In this document: positions 61,063-61,210 of the stretch, in pieces
How the letters are laid out: each line of letters starts with the position of its first letter
How positions within the stretch are numbered: position 1 is the stretch's first letter
Origin: Bacilli bacterium
GTDB lineage: Bacteria > Bacillota_I > Bacilli_A > RFN20 > CAG-826
Direction: 5' to 3'
Assembly (NCBI GenBank): GCA_045615665.1
Contig: JAZLFJ010000001.1
Coordinates: 1 to 61,210 of the forward strand
DNA: 61,210 nt
Position numbers and translations under genes: made by a program
The notes under the pieces: model-generated
Told to the model about the DNA's origin: nothing
Databases searched by the model: none
Seen by the model: the letters and a program-made list of their open reading frames with translations, nothing else

Positions 61063-61210
61063 CTACTTGCCCCATCGTTCCATAATAATAATTGTTTATT
61101 GCATTGATCAAATCATATTTAGCAACATTAACTGTAAGTTTGTCTCCAAGATTCATAAGTTCTAAACTATCATATTCGAGTTTTGATACGAGGTTGGTTT
61201 CAAGCTTTCT
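61052..61210 (-). CDS. 3' end of an unidentified gene (window-truncated)
   Basis: Open frame RKLETNLVSK...TMGQVDVR* overlapping the proS start by 11 nt. Confidence 0.6.
   Translation of the reverse strand, partial: RKLETNLVSKLEYDSLELMNLGDKLTVNVAKYDLINAINNYYYGTMGQVDVR

Overview
AT-rich chromosomal window from a low-GC, genome-reduced member of Bacillota/Bacilli using genetic code 11. An uncultured gut lineage near Erysipelotrichales/Mollicutes is inferred from gene order and content. It is mostly housekeeping: ezrA-iscS-thiI, rpsD with a structured leader, ccpA-tyrS, glgCDA-leuS-coaX-pepV-trmB-pncB, gmk-priA-rsmB-like-rlmN-stp-pknB-rsgA-rpe, rpmB, rqcH, trmL, ppa, atpIBEFHAGDC, PPi-PFK, glpK, pepP, trxA, rdgB, plsC, proS and four tRNAs (Glu-CTC, Asp-GTC, Gly-TCC, Ser-GCT). 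Accessory DNA: a ~0.95 kb integrase-free DUF4160/DUF2442 toxin-antitoxin cassette bounded by att-like sites at tRNA-Glu; an intact IS1182-family element whose inverted repeat supplies the thiI stop codon; and a decayed response regulator beside tRNA-Ser. No CRISPR array, rRNA or prophage was seen. The most interesting signals are the tRNA-anchored cassette and several core proteins that are full length but altered at key residues: RqcH tRNA-selecting motifs, RsmB lacking both catalytic Cys, CcpA lacking HPr-phosphate contacts, PASTA-less PknB with a MinD-like tail, and a lipoprotein-type ATPase b subunit. About eight operon-first genes appear leaderless. All family calls come from motif recognition by eye; no searches were run.
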